From contig JADIIX010000013.1 in assembly GCA_027604505.1 (NCBI GenBank), forward strand, positions 186,001 through 250,000: a DNA stretch of 64,000 nucleotides, written 5' to 3'. Positions 1 to 12,510 of this stretch are shown in pieces. Made by a program: the position numbers and the translations under genes. Position 1 is the stretch's first letter, and every line of letters begins with the position of its first letter. The notes under the pieces were generated by a model. The model worked only from the letters and a program-made list of their open reading frames with translations, made no database searches and was not told the origin of the DNA. Origin of the DNA: Gonapodya sp. JEL0774. Its lineage: Eukaryota.

Positions 1-2367
1 GGTGCTGAAGCTCGCCCTGCTGATTGCCAACAGCACCTGGGGGGGCAGGTGGCGGATGTCCATGTAGTGGCGCCACCAGCATTGAGTTTGCTCTCAGTTG
101 CTGCATTTGCTGTTGTTGAACCTCCTGACGATGTTGCTGAAGAGCGGAAAATTGTTGGAAAGCGGGATCCACAGAACTAAACACGCTCGCAAGTGACGGT
201 GATCCAGATTTGCTCGTTTCATCCTCATGGCCCAGACCAGGAGGTAGAGGTATTGCAGATGCGGGAGCAAGACCCGGAGGTGGTGGGGTTGGAACAGGTC
301 CAGGTTTCATTAAGTGCGTCTCCTCTAGTCCGGGCACACCAGAGGAACTGGATACCGATAGCGGAGCTTCTAAAGAAGACAAAAAGGCTCCTGGTGGGGA
401 AACAAAGATTCTGTCATTGTCCTTCCCAACCTTCTCCCGAAGCCTCTCACTTGGCTTCTCCGTTCCAAATTCCCTGACGTTCTCTGTATGTGTTTCACGG
501 TCCGCATCGTCCTTTTTGTCCCTTTCACCACTGTCCCTTTTTCCTTTCCAGTCACTGGAGCCATTTGTATCACCTCGCATCCGTCTTCCGGATACCTGCG
601 ACGTCACTGGCGGAGGCGCTTGAGTAAGGACTGGGGTTCCCTCGCCATGGGGAGTTGCGACACCATTCTCGTCGCGGCCCGCAGCCTGAGACGAAGAGCG
701 CGCAGGTTTTGCCCTTTGTATAGACATAAAATGCGTCCAGAGATACATAGCCGTAAGATCAGCATGTGACTAAACCACATACCAAGTGGCTGTGGCTGGA
801 AGACCACCTCCCGTATCTCTCTTGACTTGTTCAAGTGGCGGAAAGGGAGCCGGCCTCACTTGACCTCTGTGCGGGGTGGCTAGAAGAGTTTCTTCCGTGA
901 CTCCTTCAGCTGGATCCCCATGCTCATGAAGGAAAACGCAGTTGGGGTTCGGACATGTCTGTCCACGAAGGTAGTGTGCACAGTATCGTGTCGTACCATG
1001 TGTTGCTCTAAGAAAAATAGAAACAACGCGCCTTAGTTACTCAAGTACGTGGGCAGGCACATTAGAAACCACCTCCTTTGACTCACCTGACCAATCGGCC
1101 CTCGTAAGTTGTACCCTCCACCTCTTTAATTGCTTTTGCGGCATCCTCTTTCCTCGCAAAAGCAATGTACAGACCCAGAGGCTGACCACCCAATCCACCG
1201 TGCCCACCGCCAGCTGGACTACTGCTGGTGGGGCCACCGGCAGGCCGACGGTTTACGTATGCCCTCGTCACCTTGCCAAACTGGCCGAAATACTCAGGAG
1301 ATCGGAGTATCTTAAATTCAGATATGTTTCAGCTGCACATCCGGGGAAAATTCTCAGCCAGCAAAAATCTCATACCTCTTCGCCCCCTACTTTCGGCGGC
1401 AGTCCCACCACGTAAATGAGGTTACGTTGAACCACTCTTATCGACGCGAGGTGCTTGCGTTGTTGGAGTTCTTGCTCCTTCCTCTCCCGTTCTTTCGCCT
1501 TCTTGGCGGCACGAAGGCGAGCTGCCCTAGGATCGACGGAACAACCTTAGTTGGAATGACGGTCGGGAAGGGCCAGTCAAGGGACCGGCAAAAGCCAGTG
1601 AAGCATCATCTGCCTGCCCAACTGTGTTAATGCACAGTGCTGCGAAGCAAGCATCCACTTTGAGCTTCATGGCATTGCCTTCACGCCCTCCGCAATTGCT
1701 CATCATCTTGAACAAAGCAACTTCCTCAGTCCCCTGCTGTACTCACTCTTCCCCACTCATGGGTGTGAATTCAACCTGCTCGTCCGTGTAGGGGCGGCGA
1801 CAAGCCGGGCAAAGACTGTTCAAATTCTCTCGGATGTGATTCCAGCAGAAGCGACAAATCTTTGCGAAATTAAGTTATCAATGTTCAGTCCAGTACAAAA
1901 ACAGAAGGTGAATGGTACGGTCAATAGTACAATACGACCAGGTGAAACCAATTGATTCCAAAATCCAGAACGCATTTATCGCTCCAACGACACCGTGAAG
2001 GCAATTCACGAAAATCTTATGCAGGGTTGTGAGAACAAGTCTCTAAATTCGTGGGAACTGATGCACAACCCATGACAAACAAGGCAATGAAAGTCCTGAG
2101 TGTGAACGAAACTGCACATGGGGCTCGTAGAAGCAAGTTTCCTCGTCCTTGAGTCTACCCGCATAGCGTAGCATCTCTGAGCTATACTGATGCTTCCATA
2201 TGTTTTTCATTGTCCCCGAGATCTCCACGAAAACGAACCTGATACCCGCATGGACATGGCTTGAACCCTCGATCCGAAATATCGATTTCTTCCATGCACA
2301 GAGGACATTCAGAGTCTTCAATATCAGAATCGTAGGCTGGTAGGTTAGGGTGCGTGGAAAGGGTCAT
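1..2367 (-). CDS. NOT4: CCR4-NOT E3 ubiquitin ligase subunit (RING + RRM + CCCH), multi-exon, 3' end runs off the window
   Basis: ATG at 2367 gives MTLSTHP..ECPLCMEEIDISDRGFKPCPCGYQ, then an intron, then ICRFCWNHIRENLNSLCPACRRPY (C4C4 RING). An RRM segment (GLYIAFARKEDAAKAIKEVEG) and GTTRYCAHYLRGQTCPNPNCVFLHE follow. Confidence 0.93.
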
Positions 2368-2836
2368 ATTGTACGACTGTTGGAGTACGAGCAGGGTTTG
2401 GTGACAAAGTTTTGAGATGCAATCAGAGAGAACCAAACGAGACAAAGCACGACCACACGAAGAAGGTGAATCTGGAAGTTCTAGAAGTAGGTATCTGCTT
2501 CACGCTTTCGGGGCAGAACAAAAATGCATCCAGCGTTTTGAAACTACTTTCTCCAGGTGTGTGGCTATTTCTTGCCTTAAGGATGAGAACGCGGTCGAAT
2601 AAGAGGATGAACTTACTGTGATGCGAAGTCGATCTCGAGCAGGAAGGATGTCAGAGGGTCTCGGAACTGTCGCGTAGTGATATAGAGATTTGGAATCCGC
2701 ACTCAACTCCCAGCAGACTGTTCGTGCACAAGGCAATCAAGCACAACAAGTAAGCAATTCTGTGTCTGCACACAACAACAAGACATGTCGACAGTGTTTC
2801 TTCGAAACCTAATGATTTAAATTTGTACATGCAATT

Positions 2837-3994
2837 CTACGTACTTTCTTCCTTGGGAGTATCTGCGGACCCGTTTACCTCCTCACTCTTTTGCTCTGTA
2901 CGGTACGAGAACAATTGACACATTGGATTAGGGACATTTGGCTCACAATTGGTCATCAATTATCAGCAAACACACAACCCACCCAAGAAAGCCTTTAGTG
3001 CGTCCGGTATTAAGCCATAACTTCTCTCTAATTCAGCTGCTAACAGGCTCTCAATGAGCGCGGCGGCACCAGGAATCCACAGCGAGTCTACATCTAGGTG
3101 AACACGAATAGACTGCTTACACTGGTTGGGGTTCTCGGGGTCGGGAAGGACCGAGACAGTGCCATGAATCTTGATGTAAGTTTGCATGATGGGAGGGTCT
3201 TCATCAAAGGTAATAGATCTTGAAGTGTGGTCTTTGACGTAGTTGTCGTAATCTAGACGAGAAATTTGAGGGCAATATGAAAGGTCCATTCAACGGGTAG
3301 AAGGATCGTTTAAGAAGGGGCATAAGTAATGGAGACAAAAGATACGTTGGTTCATTCTGTGTGCCCCCAAAGACTTGAATACGTCCGTTCACTTAGCGGA
3401 ATCACTGGTCTTCATAGTATCCACAAACTCACAATGCATCTCCTCGTTTCCAAGATAGTAGAGAACAATGCTTGGGAGCGGAACGTTAGGCACCACTTTC
3501 ACCCTCCTCTTGACCCTCAATGGATTCTCTGGGTCAGGTTCCGATAATTCGTATGACAGATCTCGCAGACCCAGAAACTTGGCCTGGAACTTGTCGTATT
3601 CCTCTTCGTAGAAATCTGAAGAGATTAGTCACGAATTGATATCAGAGACCAGCAACGGAGCATTCCAGAACAGAAGGAATTGCGGGGATGGATACGATGG
3701 TGTGATCATGTGCATCGCTATGCACGGCAGTCCTCCTTTAGAGTGATGCATTCAATTCCACTGTCCCACTTTCCAAAGAACCAAAAGCACAAAAACGGAT
3801 TTGTGGGGTGTTTACCCGATTCAGAGAATAAGGTTCGACTTGTAGATCATAGAGACCGCTCATCCAGCCGCAACAGCATGTCGTGGTCACGACACAACGC
3901 CCGAGTTCACTGATCGAAAGTCAAACCCACATTTCTCAAAGTACTCGTCCGGAGGCAACGGCACTGTAAACTCAACGTCAATATTGCTAGGCAT
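2837..3994 (-). CDS. Small START/SRPBCC (Bet v1)-fold-like protein, DUF2505-like, multi-exon
   Basis: Exons read MPSNIDVEFTVPLPPDEYFEK / FYEEEYDKFQAKFLG..RVKRRVKVVPNVPLPSIV / YIKIHGTVSVLPDPENPNQCKQSIRVHLDV..WIPGAAALIESLLAAELERSY. Alternating beta-strands plus a long C-terminal helix suggest a helix-grip fold; the fold call is inference. Confidence 0.6.
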
Positions 3995-4703
3995 CTCGTG
4001 TTTTGAAGCAATTCTGGGTGGATTCTTTGGTCGTTTTTGTCGTGATAACTGTGTGAGCTGGGGAAGAGATCGGAGTAGTTGGAGGGAGATGCAGTGGATG
4101 AACTTCAGTGGTAAGCGTGTACGAGAGCAACAGCCAGGAGTTGCAGTTGTGGGAAAGGAACTTGGCTCAAAGGGGTGGAAAGAGCCTGATGGAGAGCCAG
4201 AAGAGGCCGAGAAACTCAAAGCTGATTCTATTTGAGTCCGAGAGAATGGACTTCAAGCGGTTGAAATACGAAAGGTTGTGTCGTTTTCAATGAAATGAGG
4301 TCTGGTGCCACTCGACGGGCGGCACTTCACTCTCATTGTTGTTGTGTCAACAGGAACCGACAAACAAAGAAGGCGGAACTCGAGGGCGAAATATATTGAG
4401 TATCGCCGGACACAGACAGAATTGCAGTTGAGAAAGTGTAAATTTGCATGAGGAGCCCAGCGATGTTGAAAAGGGGGGTTCCAAAGCAGTCCTAGAGCTC
4501 AAGGCACTGTAAAGCTGAACATTGCCAAACGCGCTTCATACGAAGAAAAGGAAGAAGAACTCGAAATGGCTATCCTGAGTTCTCTTGACCATAGATTATT
4601 AGAATACATCTCTCCCTTTGGGACAGACCACATTCTTCAAGTACAAGTACGCAAGAAATCAAACCAAAACCCCTTCTCATGTTCTGCATCACCGTGCACT
4701 ACC

Positions 4704-7324
4704 CTATTTAGCTTCTTCCTTCTCGGCTGGGAGATCTGGGTGCTTGGCGCCATCCAAATACCAGTCAGGGTGCCTTGCCAAGTTGGAGTGCCAGAAACCG
4801 TAACCTGCGAAACCCAATTGTGTAAGTGCACCACGTCGTGTTTGAGAAATACTGACGGTCACACTCTCACCGAAGTAAAGAACAAAGCCGATCGCCAGCC
4901 ATACAGCGACACGAATGGCAGTCTCCTTGTTACCCGACAAGACTAGACACAAATCAGAAAGTGAGCGTCGAGGGTCTATCATAATGTTGATTTTGCCCTT
5001 CAAACTCACCAATGAGGCCCATAGAAGTGAAGCATCCCAAGAACGCAACGATGGGTCCAATGATGGTACCAGCAGCACCCTGACCGCCGATCCTGAACGG
5101 ACGGTATCGGTTGTGGTCGGTGAATCGGAGAATGAAGACACCAGCAGACACGAGGAAGAAGGCGAGCAATGTCCCGATGGAAGTCAAGTTCGCGAGAACG
5201 TCAATTGGGAGGAATCCTGCAGCTATAGTGGCGAGGACACCAGTGATAGTAGTTGTGACCTGTAAATCACATCGTGAGTCCCAAAGAGTCCTTAAATTTA
5301 ACACGCAAAAAATCTCACAATAGGGGTGTGGAACTTGGGGTGCATCTTCGCAAAGAAAGCGGGAAGGAGACCGTCGCGTGCCATGGCGTTAAAGATACGA
5401 GGTTGACCCATCAAGGAAACCAAGGTCACTGAACCCAGACCACAAATCTGAAGAACAATCAAAGAATGATTGGGGGAGGGTACTTTTACAGTAAATTCAA
5501 TCAACTCACGGCACCGATGTCAACGATACTCTTCATCCAGTTCAATCCGGTGACCCCAATGACGGCGGAGATGGGAGCTTCACTTGGAATTTCAGTGTAC
5601 TTCATAAGGCCAACCATTCTGCATACGAAAAGAATCGTGAAAAATGGAACCGAGAAAAATACTGAAATTGATTCAATTCCACATACACAGCGCACACAGC
5701 GATGTAGAGCCCGGTCGAAATAATGAGGGACAGGCAGATACCAATGGGCATGTCACGCTGCGGGTTCGCTGCCTCCTGCGCGACTGTGGAGACTGCATCG
5801 AAACCAATGTATGCGAAGAACACAACCTGTGCTCCTCGGAAGATACCCTGAGATCCATACTGCTGGCCAATCGGGTCGGGGATGAACGGTTTGTAGTTGT
5901 CAGGGTTGATCCACTTGATACTGAGAAACTTATTTCCTTAATAACACTACCGTGCGCACTGCAATTTTTCGCAAGAGCTTACCCGACAAAGATGAACATC
6001 AAGATGATGACGATCTTCAGGACGACAATGAAGTTGTTGAATCGGGCAGATTCCTTGATGCCGAAGATCAAAAGCAATGTGAGTGCAAAAGTAAGGGCTG
6101 TGGTACCGATGTGTCAGTCCAATCAGGATTGCCATGCAAATGCCGAGGTAGACTCACCCATCCCCGGAAGGCAAATGTAACCATACACTTTAGTAGGATT
6201 TGAGTCAAGGCAATCACTTCTTGCCGTGCCGTCAAGGCACTTGAAGTTCCGCTCGATCGATCCAGTTTCTTCGTTCCAGTAAATTGGAGGATTAGCGACC
6301 CTGAACAACATGATGATATTCAATATGCACTTTCGAGTAGCTTAGATAGAAAAGCTCACTCGTATTTGAAACCTTTGTAGAAACAGGTGGTTGTGCCGTT
6401 GGGGAGTGGGTCTCCACCACAGGTGTTTGTGGGTCCCACATTGAACCCGATGCCGAAGGTGTCGATAAAGAAAGCCTCGAAGTATGTCGACCAGCCGACC
6501 GCAACGGCAGCAGCAGAAACGAGGTACTGAGGAGGAAGTTCGGAATTCAAAAAAAATCCCGGTTTTATTTCGCATCCAAGGCAACTCACCTCAAGGACCA
6601 AGTCCCAACCGATAATCCAAGCGAGAAGCTCCCCAAGGGTGGCGTAGGTGAAGGTGTAAGCAGAACCAGAAATGGGAATCAGGGCCGAGAGTTCAGAGTA
6701 CTGGAAAAGGTCCTCCGTCAGTCTTAAGATTCAAGACGGTTCCGGAAAGTGACCACGTACAGTGAAGGCAGCAAATGCCGACACAACTCCAGCAATGACG
6801 AAGGAGAGGAGGATAGCTGGTCCGGCGTAGTTCCGGGCAGCAGATCCTGTGAGGGCAAAGATACCAGCTCCAATGATACCACCCAACCCAAGGAGGGTCC
6901 TGCGAAAGACACATTCTCAAGGTAAGAAGTAGGAAGCTTACTCCATTTCGTAACTCAATGAGCTCACAAGTCAATCCAGGAGAGCGTTTTGCGGTATCTG
7001 GTGATTGCGATAAACAAAGTGGCTTCAACGACGGCGTGAAGATATCCGCATTCAGCAAGCTACGTACCCAAGGGTTTCACCCTCTGCGATACTAAGAAGG
7101 GAAATCGGAAGGCGAGTCAGAAAGACGGATGGGCAGATCGGATCCGATTTGATATCCGGTGAAAAGACAGGGATGAGGCGGGATAGGACAGAATGGATCA
7201 TCGAACAAATACCCACATAACGTCACTGGGCAGGTGAGAATGAAGAGAAGGAAGTGTTAGTAAGATTACTGGCAGGAGGATCCGTTTTGAGCGCCTGGAA
7301 GACTCGGCGACAACAGCTGTCCAT
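4704..7324 (-). CDS. APC-superfamily amino-acid permease (cationic amino-acid transporter type), many introns
   Basis: Motifs GGIIGAGIFALTG, ELSALIPISGSAYTFTYATLGELLAWIIGWDLVLE, FFAYIGFDAVSTVAQEAANPQRDMPIGI, GQPRIFNAMARDGLLPAFFAKMHPKFHTP and LTSIGTLLAFFLV. Confidence 0.92.
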
Positions 7325-9488
7325 AGGTGGGTCCACTCTCGCGGAGACGAGATACGACCGACACCGACGCCAGCACAAATGAGCGTGTCTGAACGTGCTA
7401 CTCACACCCGCTTTGTGCGGAAAAGCTTCTTGAGTACCGCTGCCATCACTGAGAAGTGGTGCACCGATGTGTTGATAAACCAGGCGGTCTAAGTACAGCT
7501 CAGAAAAAAGGAGAGAGCCTCAAATTTATGTAAGGATTGCGGGCGGGGCCGCCTTATCGAAACCCTCAGATTTGGCTTCCTTTTTCTTCTGCACCACATA
7601 ATAAATCTGTTCACAGATTCCCCAGCTCACATCACACATAAGTACAACCATGAAGCAACCGTTGCGCTTAACCAGCGAAAAGTCCACCAGTATTTGTCAA
7701 GTTCAATTCATCAATGCACTCAGGTGGCTTGTCAGAGAATGATAACATTGAGGCCCATCACCTCTGGCCGGGAAGTTTGCCAATTTCCGGACGTAGTGGC
7801 GCCTGACGCGCAGAGCTTGGACAAAGGGACCCCATAGGTGCCAGTGTGATTCTGGAAAGCTTAGGATTAGATATGTAACCAGGTTGGATCGCTCCTGACG
7901 CACTATCAGGGCAAGATTAAAATGGGAGACAAATGACAACAACCCTCTGATATACATAATCAGAAAAGAAGAGCACAGAGACAGTAAGAAGCTAAGAAGC
8001 TCTAGCAAAAATTTAGATATCAAGCTGAGTGCTCTCACAAACCTGGTCTCATTCACACTATGATATGTCATTCAGACATCGCAAAATATCGACGCTGACG
8101 AGAGATTGAAAGCGCACAGAGAAACTTAGGTGTCTCCCTTTGGAATTCCACGCTGGATTTTTCTTCGGGCTCAATTTTTACTCGAAGGTCCAAGCAAATT
8201 GGCTTCCGACCCTTTCCGACCTCCCACTGGTGATCGGGAACTGTTCATTGTTGAATCATCACCCGCCCGCCGACACACCTCCGACCCAACAGTACAATAT
8301 GTACAACACTTTGTAGGACAAAATGGACCTTCCCCAAAAAATTGAGTGGATGTACGCAAACATAGATTTTGTATATAGAATGTGATATGTTACACAGAAG
8401 GTTTTACGATACATAGTATCTAAGCAGCGAGAAAAAACATGTCGAACATAGCCGTAAACAATGGATTGACACTATGCAACCAACAATTAATGTCTTGGGG
8501 AAAGTTCGGGAGTTTTATGTCATGACACGGGGTAGGCTGCTTCGTTATACCTCCCACGACATTCCCTCTCACACATTCGGAGAATGCACTCCCGTCGTCG
8601 CAGAATGCTGGTAGGTGTAAAAGTGCAATGGATTTTAGCCACGAAAGCCGTGTGTGTGTCTAGTTGGTGTTCTCACCCGTCCAAAATCACAACACAATAA
8701 AACGTGAGCGACGGCACCAACAGAAATGGCTCTGCGGTTATGGTGTCAAGCAGTACTCCATTCGAAAGGTACTGAAACGGATTGTTCTATCTGCACTTAG
8801 GTGGAACGGCAGACCCTATTTGATCGAACTCGAATCCAGTGAAGAGTGGATCACAAATCCGATATGCATGCCCTGCTTGTTCGCTTGCGTTCATGAACTC
8901 GAAAGATGCTAGAAACACGCACATTTACTCATTGAGCGTCGCGCTTGCGTCCGCCAATTTTTCAATCACCCAGCAAGTACAAAAGAAAAAGAAAGGAAAC
9001 GCCTACGGTGAACTAACTCCAAGTCGCTCGCAACAGGCGGTTCGACCTAGCACACTAATTAATTCAGTAACGCGCATGGATGAAAGAAAGAGTCCCTTGG
9101 AATGCCATCTCCTGTTTCCACTCGTCGTTTGGAAATCCAGAATACGAGTCAACACAAACTTCTCAACCTGCGTCGCAACTGGCGGCCGCATAGAGTGTGA
9201 ACGAGTGGTAATTGGTCATAAGGAGCATCGTGTGCATTAGCTGTGATACTGCCGCAACAGGCGTGCAAGATCATAGAAACGCGCCAGATACGAAAGAGTG
9301 GAGTGTAGAGGTTTTGGAGCCCAATGGAGTATATCCGAAAAGAACGTCCGAAAAATAGCATGGAATCCCGAAATCTTGTAATCCTTCACAGTTCAATTCC
9401 AATCCGAGTCGACAAAATCATGGTCAATGGTGAGGAACAGGCCATCCTGCGTGGTTATCGCCGCAAAGCTAGTCCTTCCTTCCACCTG

Positions 9489-10387
9489 TTAAAAGGTGTT
9501 CACTTCGCCAAGCTGACTGAGTTGCTTGATCTTGCGTCCCTGGGTCATCAGCAACTTCATCTCAGCCTCCCTGATCCTCGCAGCAATCTCCTCGTTCCGT
9601 TCCTGCAACAACTCGCACCTTGCCTCGAGCCAACGCGCACGGAGAAGCTTACGCAGGCGGCATCTGCGGGCTGCGCGGAGCGTTCTGTCCCGACGAGTGC
9701 TGTTGTTCGACGTCGGACTGGGGCGACTATACGATGTAAAGGACACAAAAGAGAGTAAACGTCCGGTAAGTGAGAGCGACCCTTATCCTTATCCAACACG
9801 TTGATCACCCACTTCTTGCCCCCTCGGCCGGGCTTGAGCGCATCAACGAAGTCATCCGCGACTCCGAGGTTGGCCTCAACAGCATTCAAGTATTCTTCAA
9901 AGTCGATTGTCGCAATGGGCTTTCCACTGGCGACTTTGGACTCGGCAGCGAGAATGGCAGAAGGCGGAGGGGGTGGCGAAGGGGAGCGGGAACTGTTACC
10001 AGTGCTGCCACCACGTCCCATCCTCGGAGAGCGATCCTGAGAAGTCTCGTGAGGCGACCCCTCCACGCTCCCTGTTTCAGAACACGTGCTTGCGTTAGGG
10101 AGAGCATCGACGGGGAATCCAGGATGCTGGTACATGACATCAATGGAGGTTGGGGGACTCAATGGAGTCGGCAGAGGCGGAGAATGCATAGCCTGCGTCG
10201 GAGAATGTATGGCGAGCGGAGAAAAGTCTTGTCCGAAGGTCCGTTGGTACGAGGCGAGCAGCGAGAGCAATATTTGGTGGTCAGGGAGATCGGAATAACC
10301 ACTAGGTTGGAAGGATTGTCCAACAGGGACTTTGTGGGCAGGACCATGTTCGAACAACGGATATTGGTGGCTGACGTGCACGTCCAT
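9489..10387 (-). CDS. bZIP transcription factor, GCN4/ATF4-like (exons 10387-9813 and 9726-9489)
   Basis: Pro/Ser-rich N-terminus and acidic IDFEEYL segment. A GTGGGT..TAG intron (9812-9727) joins it to RRDRTLRAARRCRLRK plus the zipper LEARCELLQERNEEIAARIREAEMKL. Confidence 0.8.
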
Positions 10388-10554
10388 TGCAATTACGTAC
10401 AGAGTTTGATGGGGTCGAAGAATAGATCTGGTTACCGGAATCGGGAGACAGAAAACAATTGTTTTGGGAAACAAAAGCTGTTGCGGATGAAAAAGACATA
10501 GGAATAGAGCAAACTTGAAGCAAAGATGGTCAGGATGCAGGTTTGGACTCACAT
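10302..10554 (-). promoter_or_regulatory. Putative uORFs in the bZIP leader: start-stop ATG-TGA (10554-10549) and a 65-codon out-of-frame uORF (10499-10302) overlapping the main ATG
   Basis: Read directly on the minus strand. A competing GTGAGT..CAG 5'UTR intron (10552-10478) is possible and would remove both. Confidence 0.5.
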
Positions 10555-10810
10555 TGTGGGAGATTCTGTATCGGAACAGTTTTTGCACGACGTCGGGAAC
10601 GGTGAGACGACAGCGAAGGGAAGCGGCTAAGACGCCGGAGAAAGAAGAGAGGAAGCGCGAAGGCTTAGACGCCTAAGGCGGAAGCGGAGGGTGAGCGGGG
10701 GGTGGAAGATTGGGGGATAAGCTATATGGTGGGTGAGCTCATGGCAGCCAGGAGACTCAGCCGCTGCCGCAAAACACCATCCACTATTCCATTGATGTAA
10801 TTGATAAATT

Positions 10811-10839
10811 TAAGTCGAGTGAGTCGAGTAAGTCGAGTA
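10811..10839. repeat. Three copies of a 9-bp unit (aagtcgagt/gagtcgagt) upstream of the bZIP gene
   Basis: taagtcgagtgagtcgagtaagtcgagta. Confidence 0.6.
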
Positions 10840-10954
10840 CCACAAAACTAAACCTGGCAAATCTAACACGTAACACCTCCCTTTCCCCAGATCGTTGCTG
10901 AACTCTGACTTCGATGACATCCCGCTAACAACCTCAATTCGCTACGAGATCTCG

Positions 10955-12274
10955 TCACCTCCTGATTAGGCCGGAGCCACAGGCCAATCGCACATCGTTC
11001 ACCCACGAAGCAAAAGCTTTCGCAACTTCGTCACCGTCTAACCCACGTCCATCATCATCCGATCGGAGTATTACGCGATGTGCCCCACATGCATGACAGA
11101 AGGCAGACCAAGAATCGATCATTGTGTCTGTCGGTGACTTTGACGTAACGATAGTAGATGAGAAATCGATCACCGCCGGTTGAGTCGGAAACGATAGAAA
11201 CAACCGAAGCTCAATAAGGCCAGGGAACGACGTCCGTATTGCAGATGCAAGCGCTGGGAGAAAGTCTGGTGGTGCTGGCTGCCCTAGGGCAACACTGGTT
11301 GGTGTAGACAGATGAAGTCGGAGTGAAAAGAGTGAGCGAATCACTGGTGGGTCAGAATGGCCGGCATAGCGGAGCACTTGGGACGACTCCAAAGATGAGA
11401 GCAAGCGTACTCCCGAGAGGGACGTATGGATTAAAGAAGCAAGCCACAGCAGAGGGTTCTCCATAACATCAAAGAGGGACGGTGCCTCCAAAAGGCTGAT
11501 ATTGGAAGGGGTTGTAAGGTAAGAAGTAACTTCTTCAAGGTCATTCTCCATAATGAGCGAGAAGTTTATAGGGTTTCGCTGCGAGAAGGAGTCCAGGTAG
11601 ACATAAGTGAAACTTCGGAGGTTGGGAAAGGGTGGGCTGACGTCTGAAGCACGCTGAGGAAAGGGCGCTTCACGGCGCGGATCTCGTATAATTTCGAGAT
11701 GCTCGATATGCGGAAAGTCAATGGATGTCATTGTAGCAACTGCGGCGGTGTTCAATACTGCACGGCTGGTGAGAGAGGCACTGTACGGAGGTTCGAGACC
11801 TGCAAGTCCCCCATTCAGGAAGCTTGCAAGATCTAATGGAGTGATGGCTTGAATTCCGTTAAGAAGGTCGACGTGGCCGATGCCGACGACCATTAGTTTT
11901 GGCCATTTGGAGTGTACCGCTTTGATGACGGAATCGGTGTCCAGAAGCATCAAAGCAGGAGTCTTAACTTCCAAAAAAAGTGAATATGATATCCAGCTAC
12001 GAGAGGCGGATGAACCCCTGTTCGAATGGGATGGTCTGAACTTTGGAAGGAAGGAGGGGTGTGTGCTTGCCAGCGTGGTTGCATGGCCCCGGTCCAAAGA
12101 TCGGAATGAGCATGCCAGATCGAGCAAAACTTGTCTCGTTTCTCTGTCAGGTTGTAGAATGGAGAGGGCGCAATCTCGAAAGCGCCGGCAGGCAACTTGA
12201 AGGGAAAGAGCAACCTCCCGCGGGGAGCAGCGCAGAAAAATATCAAAGATGAGCTCGTCAGGGAGTAAATCCAT
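10955..12274 (-). CDS. F-box protein, single exon, 439 aa
   Basis: N-terminal MDLLPDELIFDIFLRC..SLQVACRRFR F-box consensus, followed by degenerate LRR-like segments (FPHIEHLEI, FPNLRSFTY, FPGLIELRL). Confidence 0.8.
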   Translation of the reverse strand: MDLLPDELIFDIFLRCSPREVALSLQVACRRFRDCALSILQPDRETRQVLLDLACSFRSLDRGHATTLASTHPSFLPKFRPSHSNRGSSASRSWISYSLFLEVKTPALMLLDTDSVIKAVHSKWPKLMVVGIGHVDLLNGIQAITPLDLASFLNGGLAGLEPPYSASLTSRAVLNTAAVATMTSIDFPHIEHLEIIRDPRREAPFPQRASDVSPPFPNLRSFTYVYLDSFSQRNPINFSLIMENDLEEVTSYLTTPSNISLLEAPSLFDVMENPLLWLASLIHTSLSGVRLLSSLESSQVLRYAGHSDPPVIRSLFSLRLHLSTPTSVALGQPAPPDFLPALASAIRTSFPGLIELRLFLSFPTQPAVIDFSSTIVTSKSPTDTMIDSWSAFCHACGAHRVILRSDDDGRGLDGDEVAKAFASWVNDVRLACGSGLIRR

Positions 12275-12510
12275 CGGACACTGGTTCGCCGCTCGTGGAT
12301 CGAGGTTCGTGACGTGCCGTAGACGGTCTGGTGCCCACAGCGAAGTTCGTCGCAGGATGGTTCAACCGAACCAACGACAGTAAACCGCTGGAGCAGACTT
12401 TTACATATTGAATTACTACATCATTAGTTGTATTACCGTATTGAAATTAGGTACGATATAGCAAAATAAACAAAGTGCTCGTTGCATATTAGTATGACGG
12501 TGCCGTGAAT

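Noticed and set aside
7700..9450. Possible minus-strand multi-exon membrane protein
   Set aside because: Only short hydrophobic fragments with frequent stops; no consistent exon chain could be built, so it remains unresolved.
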